From the NCBI GenBank assembly GCA_030648255.1, contig JAUSHZ010000012.1, positions 1-60,697 on the forward strand: a DNA stretch of 60,697 nt, written 5' to 3'. This DNA is from a bacterium. GTDB lineage: Bacteria; Patescibacteriota; Minisyncoccia; Minisyncoccales; CG1-02-41-26. Below the pieces are notes generated by a model, which had not been told where the DNA came from, made no database searches, and saw only the letters and a list, made by a program, of their open reading frames with translations. Positions within the stretch are counted from its first letter, which is position 1; each line of letters begins with the position of its first letter. Of the stretch, positions 36,401-43,577 are shown piece after piece. A program made the position numbers and the translations under genes.

Positions 36401-36869
36401 AGTTAAGTATAACAACATAGGCACAGGCGATTTTACTTTTTCGGCTTGGGTTAATCCTACATCATTTGATACAACAAATAATAATTACATCACAGACAAC
36501 GCAGGCACTAATCGGTGGATAATTGGTTCCACTAATGTTGCAGGAGCCATTAAAATATACTCATTAAACGCTGGCGCATGGACAACAGCTGCTCTTGCTA
36601 CAACAAGCGTTGGCGTTTGGTCGCACCTTGAAATAGCCCGAAGAAGCGGTGTGGTCTATGGATACTTAAATGGGGCTTATCAGGCATCCGCAAATTTTAA
36701 CTATAGTATCAGCCACACAGGCGTAAGCACTATAGGCAGCCATAATGCTGGCGCGGCGGCATTTTGGAGCGGGTCAATAGACGATGCGCGTATGTATAAC
36801 TACGCCCGCACCGCCGACCAAATCCGCGCCGACTACAACGGAGGGGCAGGGCTACATTTGGGGCAGTAA
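33453..36869 (+). CDS. Membrane-anchored five-module LamG protein
   Basis: The anchor is MKQFTKQLIFISLGVAILAVGG. Five D-D-[VIA]-R-[IM]-Y-N module ends are present. Modules 1/3 and 2/4 share long near-identical N-terminal parts. The start is set at ATG 33453 rather than the track's 33396. Confidence 0.8.
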   Translation: MKQFTKQLIFISLGVAILAVGGVLIFAVGDKGAAPVAHWKLNEGSGNYAYDSSGNANTGTLYLGGSATSSAWVSGVYGGAMSFDGTDDYADAGNGASLQITGNLSVSAWIKTTDTAGRIIGKFEATDEKIAYIFNISSAPYLGVSGNGTSLAYRNLNGNALDNQWHHIAGVYNATAQTISMYLDGVLSQGTLGGTVPASIYNSTGNVKMGYDYGGNGYLNGTIDDVRIYNYARTADQVRADYNDGKALYVGARAADCDVSPADCVNKGLVGYWDMSQMGGQTASDKSGNGNNGTLGASASKGTDDPTWAQGIQPFSGGRPGGGGLSFDGVNDYVDAGNNIDVSSTNAITISAWVYPKANTVAGTIITQRDTNIFGQFILRQSSAGNGKIEIFIIDTSSRQTITNLAPTLNQWTLITAVWDKTQNSGKPKIYFNSVEQTYSIQTAATGVLSTKRTTIMGIRSSTEVTNLFNGLIDDVRIYNRALSAAEISYQYNQAKPIAQWKFDEGSGNYAYDSSANANTGSLNLGGSATSSAWVSGAYGGAMSFDGTDDYVAVSNSISMATGTLSFWAKPNTTTQKLVELSASDYVSLASGVVTVAGFGTEIVYVDGKQTTTFPDTNWHHIEIVSSASITANTVNLGKNSATYYNGLLDDIRIYNYAHTADQVRADYNNGKALYVGARAADCDVSPADCVNKGLVGYWDMSQMGGQTVADKSGNANTGTLGASAASGSDDPRWASGIQPFSGGRPGGGALSFDGVDDLVSFSSLTAYNSSSSHSYSAWIKPGVMTSYRWIINNGSDTQGTSLILYSGKIGFFYAGGRAVDVGNTTLIAGRWYHIVAVYDGNGNINFYLNGAGDGVQTTDATYSSWTATNSNPRLGSWTDGSYDLDAVLDDIRIYNRALSAAEISYQYNQAKPIAWWKMDEGADTATTCNATISSVYDYSGNANTGTLQNANASPATSSMWSDGKYGCALTLDGTDDYVALGTVKYNNIGTGDFTFSAWVNPTSFDTTNNNYITDNAGTNRWIIGSTNVAGAIKIYSLNAGAWTTAALATTSVGVWSHLEIARRSGVVYGYLNGAYQASANFNYSISHTGVSTIGSHNAGAAAFWSGSIDDARMYNYARTADQIRADYNGGAGLHLGQ

Positions 36870-36876
36870 CTAAATC

Positions 36877-36912
36877 AATTTCTAATTAACCTAATTTCTA
36901 ATTTCTAAATAA
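36877..36912. repeat. Left arm of the inverted repeat around four-helix-bundle gene 3
   Basis: The sequence is aatttctaattaacctaatttctaatttctaaataa. It matches the reverse complement of 37321-37356 at 33 of 36 positions. Confidence 0.85.
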
Positions 36913-36927
36913 GCACCAATTAAAAAA

Positions 36928-37290
36928 ATGACCAATGAACAAAAAGAACCAAAGATATTTGATTTAGAAGAAAGAACTGCCAAGTTTGGTGAAGACATTA
37001 TTAGATTTTGCAGAGAATTACCTAAAGATGAAATTACTCGCCCAATAATCAATCAGTTAGTAAAATGTGGAACCAGTGTTGGAGCAAATTATTGCGAAGC
37101 AGATGACGCAGAATCACGCAAGGATTTTAAGCATAAAATTGGTATTTGCAAAAAGGAATCCAGAGAATCAAAGCACTTTTTGCGAATGTCAGCCATCGCC
37201 ATTCCAGACAAAAAAGATAGAGCCCGCAAGCTATGGGTAGAAGCCAAAGAAATTAACTTAATCTTTAATTCTATCTATCAAAAATTATAG
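36928..37290 (+). CDS. Four-helix-bundle protein (23S rRNA IVS protein / Avd family)
   Basis: At 120 aa, it contains QLVKCGTSVGANYCEADDAESRKDFKHKIGICKKESRESKHFLRM. It is a close paralog of 32958-33314. Confidence 0.8.
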   Translation: MTNEQKEPKIFDLEERTAKFGEDIIRFCRELPKDEITRPIINQLVKCGTSVGANYCEADDAESRKDFKHKIGICKKESRESKHFLRMSAIAIPDKKDRARKLWVEAKEINLIFNSIYQKL

Positions 37291-37320
37291 TTTTGTCCAT
37301 TGGGATTTAGTTATTAGACA

Positions 37321-37356
37321 TTATTTAGAAATTAGAAATTAGAGCAATTAGAAATT
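37321..37356. repeat. Right arm of the inverted repeat around four-helix-bundle gene 3
   Basis: The sequence is ttatttagaaattagaaattagagcaattagaaatt. Confidence 0.85.
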
Positions 37357-37373
37357 ATTATCTTTTATGGCTG

Positions 37374-37643
37374 TTGGGTTATGTGAATGGAAATATAACA
37401 ATTCATGGGTTAGGAGATTTTGAAAATTATCCTTGGTCAAGCTACGGTGCAATTTTCAAGGCACTGGGTGCCTTGAAAAACAAGGAACTGAGTGCCTTGT
37501 CGAACCTGTCGGTGTTGAGCGGGTTGGAAATTGTTTTGTCGCAGTTTGGTAGTGCGGAAGAGTTCCGCAATTTTGTTAAGCAAGTTGTTAAAGAGAGTAA
37601 GGAAAACAAAGCGATGAAAAAGTATTTGTTAGAGGATATTTAA
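37374..37643 (+). pseudogene. Probable 3' fragment of a RAYT/IS200-like Y1 transposase gene carrying family-D hairpins
   Basis: GYVNGNITIHGLGDFENYPWSSY resembles the YI..NP....L......Y.WSS motif. The tail SQFGSAEEFRNFVKQVV parallels EIFPTIDDYKKFIVSLI of the intact gene at 53009. There is no HUH region, and the track start is TTG. Confidence 0.45.
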
Positions 37644-37709
37644 AATTTCAAGGCACCCAGTGCCTTGTTTATCCACATTTGCGAAATTAGAATTTAAGAG
37701 GTAAAATAT

Positions 37710-37902
37710 GTAATCCGTTATTGAAAGCGAGCCGAAAGGCGATGCTTGAAATTTACGGAGGACTTACCCCGTGGAGTAGAAATTTGTAGGGCAAATTTCT
37801 ATTTTAAATTTTTTGCTAAAAATTTAAAATTACTCCACAGGGTGTAAGAACTCGTAAATTCACTCGTGGCTAATCGCCACTCATTCATTAACGATTTCTA
37901 AC
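37710..37902 (+). promoter_or_regulatory. Long imperfect-palindrome leader ending in the conserved boxes GGGTGTAAGAACTCGTAAATTC and CATTAACGATTTCTAAC, abutting ATG 37903
   Basis: The boxes lie at 37840-37861 and 37886-37902. The 5' arm ttacggaggacttaccccgtggagta pairs with tactccacagggtgtaagaactcgtaa. No Shine-Dalgarno sequence is seen. Confidence 0.5.
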
Positions 37903-40242
37903 ATGTTCCAAAAAATTATTAAGTGGTGTATTTATGCGTTGGTCTTTTTAATGCCATTGTTCTGGCTACCCTTTTCTCTTGAGGCATACGATATAAACAA
38001 GGCGTATCTGTTGGCCTTTTTGGCTGGCATTGGAATTTTGGCATGGGTTGGGAAAATGATTTTTCATAATAAAAAGATCATTTTCAAGCGCACTGCTTTG
38101 GATTTTTTTGTTTTGGGGTATTTGGCAATTTTAATTTTATCAGCCATTTTTGCTAAAGATAAGACATCAGTATTTTTGGGGTTTTATGGCAGGTTTTGGC
38201 CAAGTATTTTAACTTCAGTGTCTTTGGTTGGATTTTATTTTTTAATTACCAACAATGTTTCAAACGATGACGAGCAAAAAGATAAAGAATCAATTGGTTT
38301 AAAAAAGATTTTATCAGTATTTTTTGCTGGGTGTTTGGGGGTGGTGGCTGTTGTTTATCTGTCTTTGTTAAATGTTTGGGCGCTTTTAGCCAAGCTTTTG
38401 TCTGTTAAGCTTCCGGTTATCATGACCAACAGATTTTTTAACACAGTTGGCTCTTTGCAGGGCTTGGCAATATTTTTAGCTTTTGTGTTAACAATGTTAC
38501 TGGCCTTCTTGGCATTTGGAGATAAAGATAAAGATAAAGACAAAGAAAAGGAAAAAGACAAGAAAAAAACAAAGGTAAAGCAAGTTGCTTGGTATGTTAT
38601 GGCGTTTGCTATTTTGGGCTTATTGGCGATTATAAATTTTTGGCAGGCCTGGTTTTGTTTGGCGTTGGCTTTAGCTATATTTTTGGTTTTAAGTTTTTGG
38701 AAAAGAATGTTTAAAGAAGATGTTCAGCAATTATCTTTGCCGATCTTGTTTCTATTGCTTGCTATTGTATTTTTATTTCCCAATCCTTTAACAAAATTTT
38801 TAAACCAAAATAGCTTGATAGCGGCCTTACCAAAAGAGGCAATCTTGTCACAGCAAACAAGCTATCAAACAGCAATTAACGGCCTCAGCGAAAACCCTGC
38901 TTTGGGGTCTGGGGTTGGAGGGTTTCATTATTCGTTTGCAAAGTTTAAGCCAGCTAGTTTTTTAACCAGCCAGTTTTGGCAGGTAAGGTTTGATAGAGCG
39001 GGCAATAATATTTCAGAAATGTTAGCCACAAACGGTATTTTGGGCATTTTGGGCTTTACGGCTTTATTTTTTATGTTCTTTTTGGTTTCTTACTTTCACA
39101 TCAAAGCATCAGATAGAGAAAAAACTTCCAGTTTGCAGGATTCATCAAAAAGAATACCAATTTTAATTGGGTTTATTGCTTTGTTGGTGGGCCAATTTTT
39201 TTACTATCAAACAGCTGTGCTCGGGTTTTCTTTTTGGCTAATATTGGCTTTGGGGGTTGTTAGCTGGGGGAAGGGCACAAAGGAAAAGAAATTTTCTTTT
39301 AAGGAATTTCCAGAAGTCGGGCTTTTAATGAGTATTGTTTTTTGGGTAATGTTGTTGGCCTTGGCCTTTTTGTATTTTACTTTGTTAAGATATTATATGG
39401 CTGATGTTGCGTATCGAAACTATTTGGTTAGTGGTGGAACTGAAATAGCGGGGCTTGAGAAAGCAGCGAAATCAAATAGTTTTGGCCCAACTTATCATGT
39501 TGCCCTAGCCAGCGCTTATATGCAAAAGCTTTATAATGAGGCCGCCAAAGAAACACCAGATAAACAAATAGTCACCAACATTGCCGCCTCCGCTATTCAA
39601 GAAGCCAGAAAAGCCACAACATTGGGCCCAAATAGGGTTTCAACATACGAGGTTTCAGGAGTTATTTATAGGGATTTGCAGGCTGTGGCTCAGGGCGCGT
39701 TGGATTGGTCTGTAAAAAGTTTTGAAAGCGCCCTAAAGCTTGAACCGTTAAATCCAGTTATAACAACTGAAATTGGAAAGCTAAAACTTACTGGGGGCTT
39801 TAAGGATGCAGCAAAGATATATTTTGAAAAGGCAATGAATATGAAAAAGGATTTTGTTGAAAGTGGATTACAACTGGCAATGATGGATGAGGCCGAAGGC
39901 AAAACAAGCGATGTTCTATCTAAGCTTGAGGGATTGGTGCAATCAGCCCCGTTTTCAGTGGAAGCCAGATTTCAGTTAGCGAGAGCTTACTACAATGATA
40001 ATGAATTTGAAAAAGCTGCCCAGCAAGCCCAGCAGGCCTTGATTGTTTTTCCTAATCATTCAAATTCTTTATTCTTGCTTGGGTTGGCGTTTGAAAAAAT
40101 GGGCGAAAGGGACTTGGCATTGCAGACCTTGGAAAAAGTGTTAGAATTAAATCCAAATAACCAGCAAGTTATAGACCAGATATCAAGAATTAAAAAACCA
40201 GTTGTTATCGAAAAACCAAATGAAGAAAAAATCAGCCAGTAA
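37903..40242 (+). CDS. O-antigen ligase/polymerase-like polytopic membrane protein with a C-terminal TPR domain
   Basis: It has about 12 hydrophobic segments. The C-terminus carries TPR-like repeats (ARFQLARAYYNDNEFEKAAQQAQQAL, LFLLGLAFEKMGERDLALQTLEKVLELNPNN). A DKDKDKDKEKEKDKKK loop is present. Confidence 0.6.
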   Translation: MFQKIIKWCIYALVFLMPLFWLPFSLEAYDINKAYLLAFLAGIGILAWVGKMIFHNKKIIFKRTALDFFVLGYLAILILSAIFAKDKTSVFLGFYGRFWPSILTSVSLVGFYFLITNNVSNDDEQKDKESIGLKKILSVFFAGCLGVVAVVYLSLLNVWALLAKLLSVKLPVIMTNRFFNTVGSLQGLAIFLAFVLTMLLAFLAFGDKDKDKDKEKEKDKKKTKVKQVAWYVMAFAILGLLAIINFWQAWFCLALALAIFLVLSFWKRMFKEDVQQLSLPILFLLLAIVFLFPNPLTKFLNQNSLIAALPKEAILSQQTSYQTAINGLSENPALGSGVGGFHYSFAKFKPASFLTSQFWQVRFDRAGNNISEMLATNGILGILGFTALFFMFFLVSYFHIKASDREKTSSLQDSSKRIPILIGFIALLVGQFFYYQTAVLGFSFWLILALGVVSWGKGTKEKKFSFKEFPEVGLLMSIVFWVMLLALAFLYFTLLRYYMADVAYRNYLVSGGTEIAGLEKAAKSNSFGPTYHVALASAYMQKLYNEAAKETPDKQIVTNIAASAIQEARKATTLGPNRVSTYEVSGVIYRDLQAVAQGALDWSVKSFESALKLEPLNPVITTEIGKLKLTGGFKDAAKIYFEKAMNMKKDFVESGLQLAMMDEAEGKTSDVLSKLEGLVQSAPFSVEARFQLARAYYNDNEFEKAAQQAQQALIVFPNHSNSLFLLGLAFEKMGERDLALQTLEKVLELNPNNQQVIDQISRIKKPVVIEKPNEEKISQ

Positions 40243-41542
40243 AATTAAACCTAAAAAAGTTCAAGTTCAAGGATTTCAAGGAACTCGGTTCCTTGAGAAA
40301 AAATTCAAGGAACCGAGTTCCTTGAAATCCTCCTCTTCGGCGGTAGTAGAGGACAATTTTAAAATACGGAAAATAAAAGTTAAAATTGTTGGGATTGGGG
40401 GCGGAGGAGCTTCGATTGTTTCAGAGGTTTCTTCTCTGTTGAAGGCCTACAGCTTTGTGGCTTGCGATACAGATATTAGAACTGCCAAAAAAATAAAAAA
40501 GGGCGTGAAGTTTTTTCAGCTTGGCAGTAATGTTTTAAATGGAATGGGCACGGGAATGAATACGGATTTGGCTGGTAAAATTGCTAACGACGAAAAAGAT
40601 AAAATTGAGCAAATTTTTGCCGGGCAGGATATTTGTGTTTTAGTTGGCTGTTTGGGGGGCGGGGTAGCCAGTGGGGCTGGGCCTATTTTTGCCGCTGCCG
40701 CCAAAAACCAAAAGTGCCTGTCTATTGGCATTTTCACTTTGCCATTTATTTTTGAGGGCGAGAAAAAAATGAAAGTGGCCAGAAAAGCTATTACTGAATT
40801 AAAAGAGTACTTATCAGGGATTATTGTTGTTTCTAATGAAAAAATCTTTCAATTAACCGATAAAAAAATTTCTTTAAAAAAGGCGTTGTCTTTTTTAAAC
40901 CAGTTTTTTGCCTTATGGCTCGCTGAGTTATTAGATGTTGTTTTTAAGCCAAGCTTAGTGAATATTGACTTCGCTGACTTAAAAGCCATATTAAAGGATA
41001 GAGGGCACACTTTATTTTTTAGCCAAGCGCAAGCCGCAGGAGTTAATAGGGTGGATGATATTATAAAAAATATTTTTCAAAATAATTTATTATCAGAGCC
41101 TCCTAAAAATGTTAAGAGAGCTCTTTTTAATATTTCTGGCGGGAAGGATTTAAAATTAAAAGAGGTTGAGCTGATAAGCGAAGAGATTAGCCGGCTCAAT
41201 CCCAAAGCCAAAATTATTTTTGGCATATCCCAAGTAAGCCAGCAAAAAGAAAAAATAAAAGTGGTGTTATTGGCTGTTTGCGAAGACGATAAAAAATTAA
41301 AAATTTTAGAAGAAAAACCAAAAGAGGAGCCAGTTAAATTAAAAAAGAAGAGTCCGACCCCACCCCTCCGCCTCCCAAAGCGGAGGAGTGGGGTCGGGGG
41401 ATCTGTTGTGCCTGTGGTGGTAGAAAAAACCCGAAGAACTGCCATTGAAGCTCAAAAAGCCGAAGACGAAGCAGAAAAAATTGAATGGCTCACAGAAACC
41501 GACTGGGATGTCCCTGCGTTTATGCGCAATAACAAGAAATGA
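40220..41542 (+). CDS. ftsZ: Cell division protein FtsZ (divergent)
   Basis: Residues IVGIGGGGASIV...NGMGTGMN...GGGVASGAGP fit the tubulin/FtsZ signature, and the C-terminal tail reads DVPAFMR. The start is set at ATG 40220. Confidence 0.8.
   Translation: MKKKSASKIKPKKVQVQGFQGTRFLEKKFKEPSSLKSSSSAVVEDNFKIRKIKVKIVGIGGGGASIVSEVSSLLKAYSFVACDTDIRTAKKIKKGVKFFQLGSNVLNGMGTGMNTDLAGKIANDEKDKIEQIFAGQDICVLVGCLGGGVASGAGPIFAAAAKNQKCLSIGIFTLPFIFEGEKKMKVARKAITELKEYLSGIIVVSNEKIFQLTDKKISLKKALSFLNQFFALWLAELLDVVFKPSLVNIDFADLKAILKDRGHTLFFSQAQAAGVNRVDDIIKNIFQNNLLSEPPKNVKRALFNISGGKDLKLKEVELISEEISRLNPKAKIIFGISQVSQQKEKIKVVLLAVCEDDKKLKILEEKPKEEPVKLKKKSPTPPLRLPKRRSGVGGSVVPVVVEKTRRTAIEAQKAEDEAEKIEWLTETDWDVPAFMRNNKK
40271..40330. 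repeat. Family-D double hairpin in frame in the ftsZ N-terminal extension
   Basis: The sequence ggatttcaaggaactcggttccttgagaaaaaattcaaggaaccgagttccttgaaatcc is read as GFQGTRFLEKKFKEPSSLKS. Confidence 0.85.
41354..41397. repeat. Family-C GC-rich palindrome in frame in the ftsZ C-terminal linker
   Basis: The sequence ccgaccccacccctccgcctcccaaagcggaggagtggggtcgg is read as PTPPLRLPKRRSGVG. Confidence 0.85.
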
Positions 41543-41544
41543 AA

Positions 41545-41634
41545 GGCTGTTGAAGCTCGGTTTTTAGAGAGCCCAAAACCGAGCTTCAACAGCCTCGCCC
41601 TCAAAGTTTGTTGTTGAACCCGAGCTTCAACAAC
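41545..41634. repeat. Family-A long palindrome plus a short hairpin downstream of ftsZ
   Basis: The long copy is ggctgttgaagctcggtttttagagagcccaaaaccgagcttcaacagcc at 41545-41594. The short copy is gttgttgaacccgagcttcaacaac at 41610-41634. Confidence 0.85.
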
Positions 41635-41647
41635 AGCAAATAAACCT

Positions 41648-42538
41648 ATGGAAGAAAAATTAGAAGTTCAAAAAGTTATTATTCCGGTTGCAGGCCTTGG
41701 CACTAGGTTTTTGCCTTTCACAAGAATTTTGCCAAAAGCAATTATGCCGGTGGTGGATGAGCCAATGATAGCGGGCTCTGTGAGAGAGGCAAAAGACGCA
41801 GGAATTACTGATATTACAATGGTAATTTCAGAAAATATGAAATTGGTCTTGGATTATTTTAAGCCAAAAACAAAACTGGAAAGTATTTTGGAGAAACGGG
41901 GCTGTTTTGAGGTGCTAGAAAAGTTAAAACAAGTTGACAAGGAGTTTGAAGGAATTAATTTATCTTACACCATACAGCAAATCCCAAGAGGCGACGGGGA
42001 CGCTGTTTTAAAAGCAAAATTAAAAGTTGGCAAGGATCCGTTTGGAGTATTGTTTCACGACGATTTGTTTTTTGGTAAAATTCCCGCTATTGCCCAGCTT
42101 ATAAAAGTTTTCCAAACAGCCCAAAAGCCAATTATTGGCTTAAAAAAACTTGATCCATCAAAAATTTCAAAATATGGGTGCGTGGCAGTGGAAAAAGTTG
42201 CTAATCGGCTTTATAAAATAAAAAAAATTGTTGAAAAACCAAAGCAAGGCGAGGCCCCATCGGACTTGGCAATGTGTGGGCGGTATATTTTAACTAATGA
42301 AGTTTTTCAATATCTTGCAAAGGCCAAATTAAATAAAAAAGGAGAGCTTATTTTAGCGCAAGCATTTCAGGAAATGATTGATGATGGAAAAGTTATTTAT
42401 GGCTGTGAGATAGAGGGGGATTGGCTTGAGTGCGGGCAAACAGTTGACTGGTTGAAATCAAGTTTGTTTTTGACTTTACAGCACAAAGAGTACGGGCCAG
42501 TTATAAGAGAGTGGCTGAAGAAAATGAAATTTTCTTAA
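41648..42538 (+). CDS. galU: UTP--glucose-1-phosphate uridylyltransferase
   Basis: The N-terminus VIIPVAGLGTRFLPFTRILPKAIMPVVDEPMI fits the nucleotidyltransferase fold. Confidence 0.8.
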   Translation: MEEKLEVQKVIIPVAGLGTRFLPFTRILPKAIMPVVDEPMIAGSVREAKDAGITDITMVISENMKLVLDYFKPKTKLESILEKRGCFEVLEKLKQVDKEFEGINLSYTIQQIPRGDGDAVLKAKLKVGKDPFGVLFHDDLFFGKIPAIAQLIKVFQTAQKPIIGLKKLDPSKISKYGCVAVEKVANRLYKIKKIVEKPKQGEAPSDLAMCGRYILTNEVFQYLAKAKLNKKGELILAQAFQEMIDDGKVIYGCEIEGDWLECGQTVDWLKSSLFLTLQHKEYGPVIREWLKKMKFS

Positions 42539-42650
42539 TGAAAAATGTAAAATGAAAAATGAAAAACCACAAGTAAAAATTAAAAATGAGCGAAACTTTT
42601 AACTTTTAAATTTTGGTTTTTAGTTTTTCACTTTTAGTTTTTAATTTATT
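42537..42650. repeat. AT-rich imperfect inverted repeat with no ORF in its loop
   Basis: aaaatgaaaaatgaaaaaccacaagtaaaaattaaaa is matched by the reverse complement of ttttaacttttaaattttggtttttagtttttcactttt. Confidence 0.5.
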
Positions 42651-42653
42651 TCT

Positions 42654-43517
42654 ATGAACAAAGTTACCAAAGACATACTAAAAAAAGTCTACCCACTTCG
42701 CCCCGCAGAGTCCCGCAAGTATGATTTCGGCCTTTTGCTTATCATTGGTGGAGGAGAGTTTTATACTGGCTCTCCGGCTTTGTCAGCCATGGCTGCTTTT
42801 AGGGCAGGTGTGGATATGGCGCATATCTTAGCGCCAAAAAGAGCGGCTGATATTGTTGCTGGTTTTTCGCCAAACTTGGCGGCTTTTCCATTAAAAGGCG
42901 ACTGGCTTGATAAAGAAGATGTGCCTGTTTTAATTTCGCATGCAATTTCAGCTAAGTCAGTCTCTTTGGATAAGACAGCTATTGTTATTGGGGGTGGAGT
43001 TGGGCGCTCGGTTGAAACTCAAGAGGCATTGGCCGATTTCTTGCAAGAAACAGACAGTAAAATAGTAGTAGACGCTGACGCTATTTATGCCTTATCTAAA
43101 AGCCCGCTTTCTATAAAAGATAATCCAGCCATTATTACGCCAAATATCCACGAATTTTTTATTTTAACAGGAAAAAAGGTAGATGGTTTGTTAATTGAAG
43201 AAAAAGCTAAGATTGTGCAAGAAGAGGCGCTAAAAATTAATTCCACAATTTTATTAAAAGGTTTTGTTGATATAATATCAGATGGCAAAGAAACAATTAT
43301 TGATGAAACAGGCACACCTTATATGACGGTTGGAGGCACAGGCGACACTTTGGCTGGAATTTGCGGGGCGTTTTTGGCCATGGGTTTTTCGCCTTTTATA
43401 TCAGCTCAAGCTGGAAGTTTTGTAAATGGGAAAGCAGGGGAACTGGCAAGTAAGAAGTTTGGTCCAAGTATGACAGCAATGGACTTGATTGAGGAAATAA
43501 CAAACGCAATTAAATAG
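42654..43517 (+). CDS. nnrD: NAD(P)H-hydrate dehydratase (YjeF C-terminal / carbohydrate kinase family)
   Basis: Residues KYDFGLLLIIGGGEFYTGSPALSAMAAFRAGVD and GGTGDTLAGICGAFLAMG fit this family. Confidence 0.75.
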   Translation: MNKVTKDILKKVYPLRPAESRKYDFGLLLIIGGGEFYTGSPALSAMAAFRAGVDMAHILAPKRAADIVAGFSPNLAAFPLKGDWLDKEDVPVLISHAISAKSVSLDKTAIVIGGGVGRSVETQEALADFLQETDSKIVVDADAIYALSKSPLSIKDNPAIITPNIHEFFILTGKKVDGLLIEEKAKIVQEEALKINSTILLKGFVDIISDGKETIIDETGTPYMTVGGTGDTLAGICGAFLAMGFSPFISAQAGSFVNGKAGELASKKFGPSMTAMDLIEEITNAIK

Positions 43518-43577
43518 TTGTTGAAGTTTGACTTCAACAAGCTTGTTGAAGTCAAACTTCAAAAGCTCAATAACTTT

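Noticed and set aside
26492-37290. The four-helix-bundle cassettes as genuine rRNA intervening sequences
   Set aside because: No 16S, 23S or 5S rRNA sequence is present anywhere in the window. The cassettes lie between protein-coding genes. Only the architecture is IVS-like.
26449-37356. A diversity-generating retroelement, suggested by Avd-family genes next to variable surface-protein genes with internal repeats
   Set aside because: No reverse transcriptase ORF exists in the window. When I aligned the repeated LamG segments by hand (34117-34450 against 35400-35720), the differences were a mix of transitions and transversions at all four bases, not adenine-specific. LamG is not the usual DGR target fold. 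An RT elsewhere in the genome cannot be excluded.
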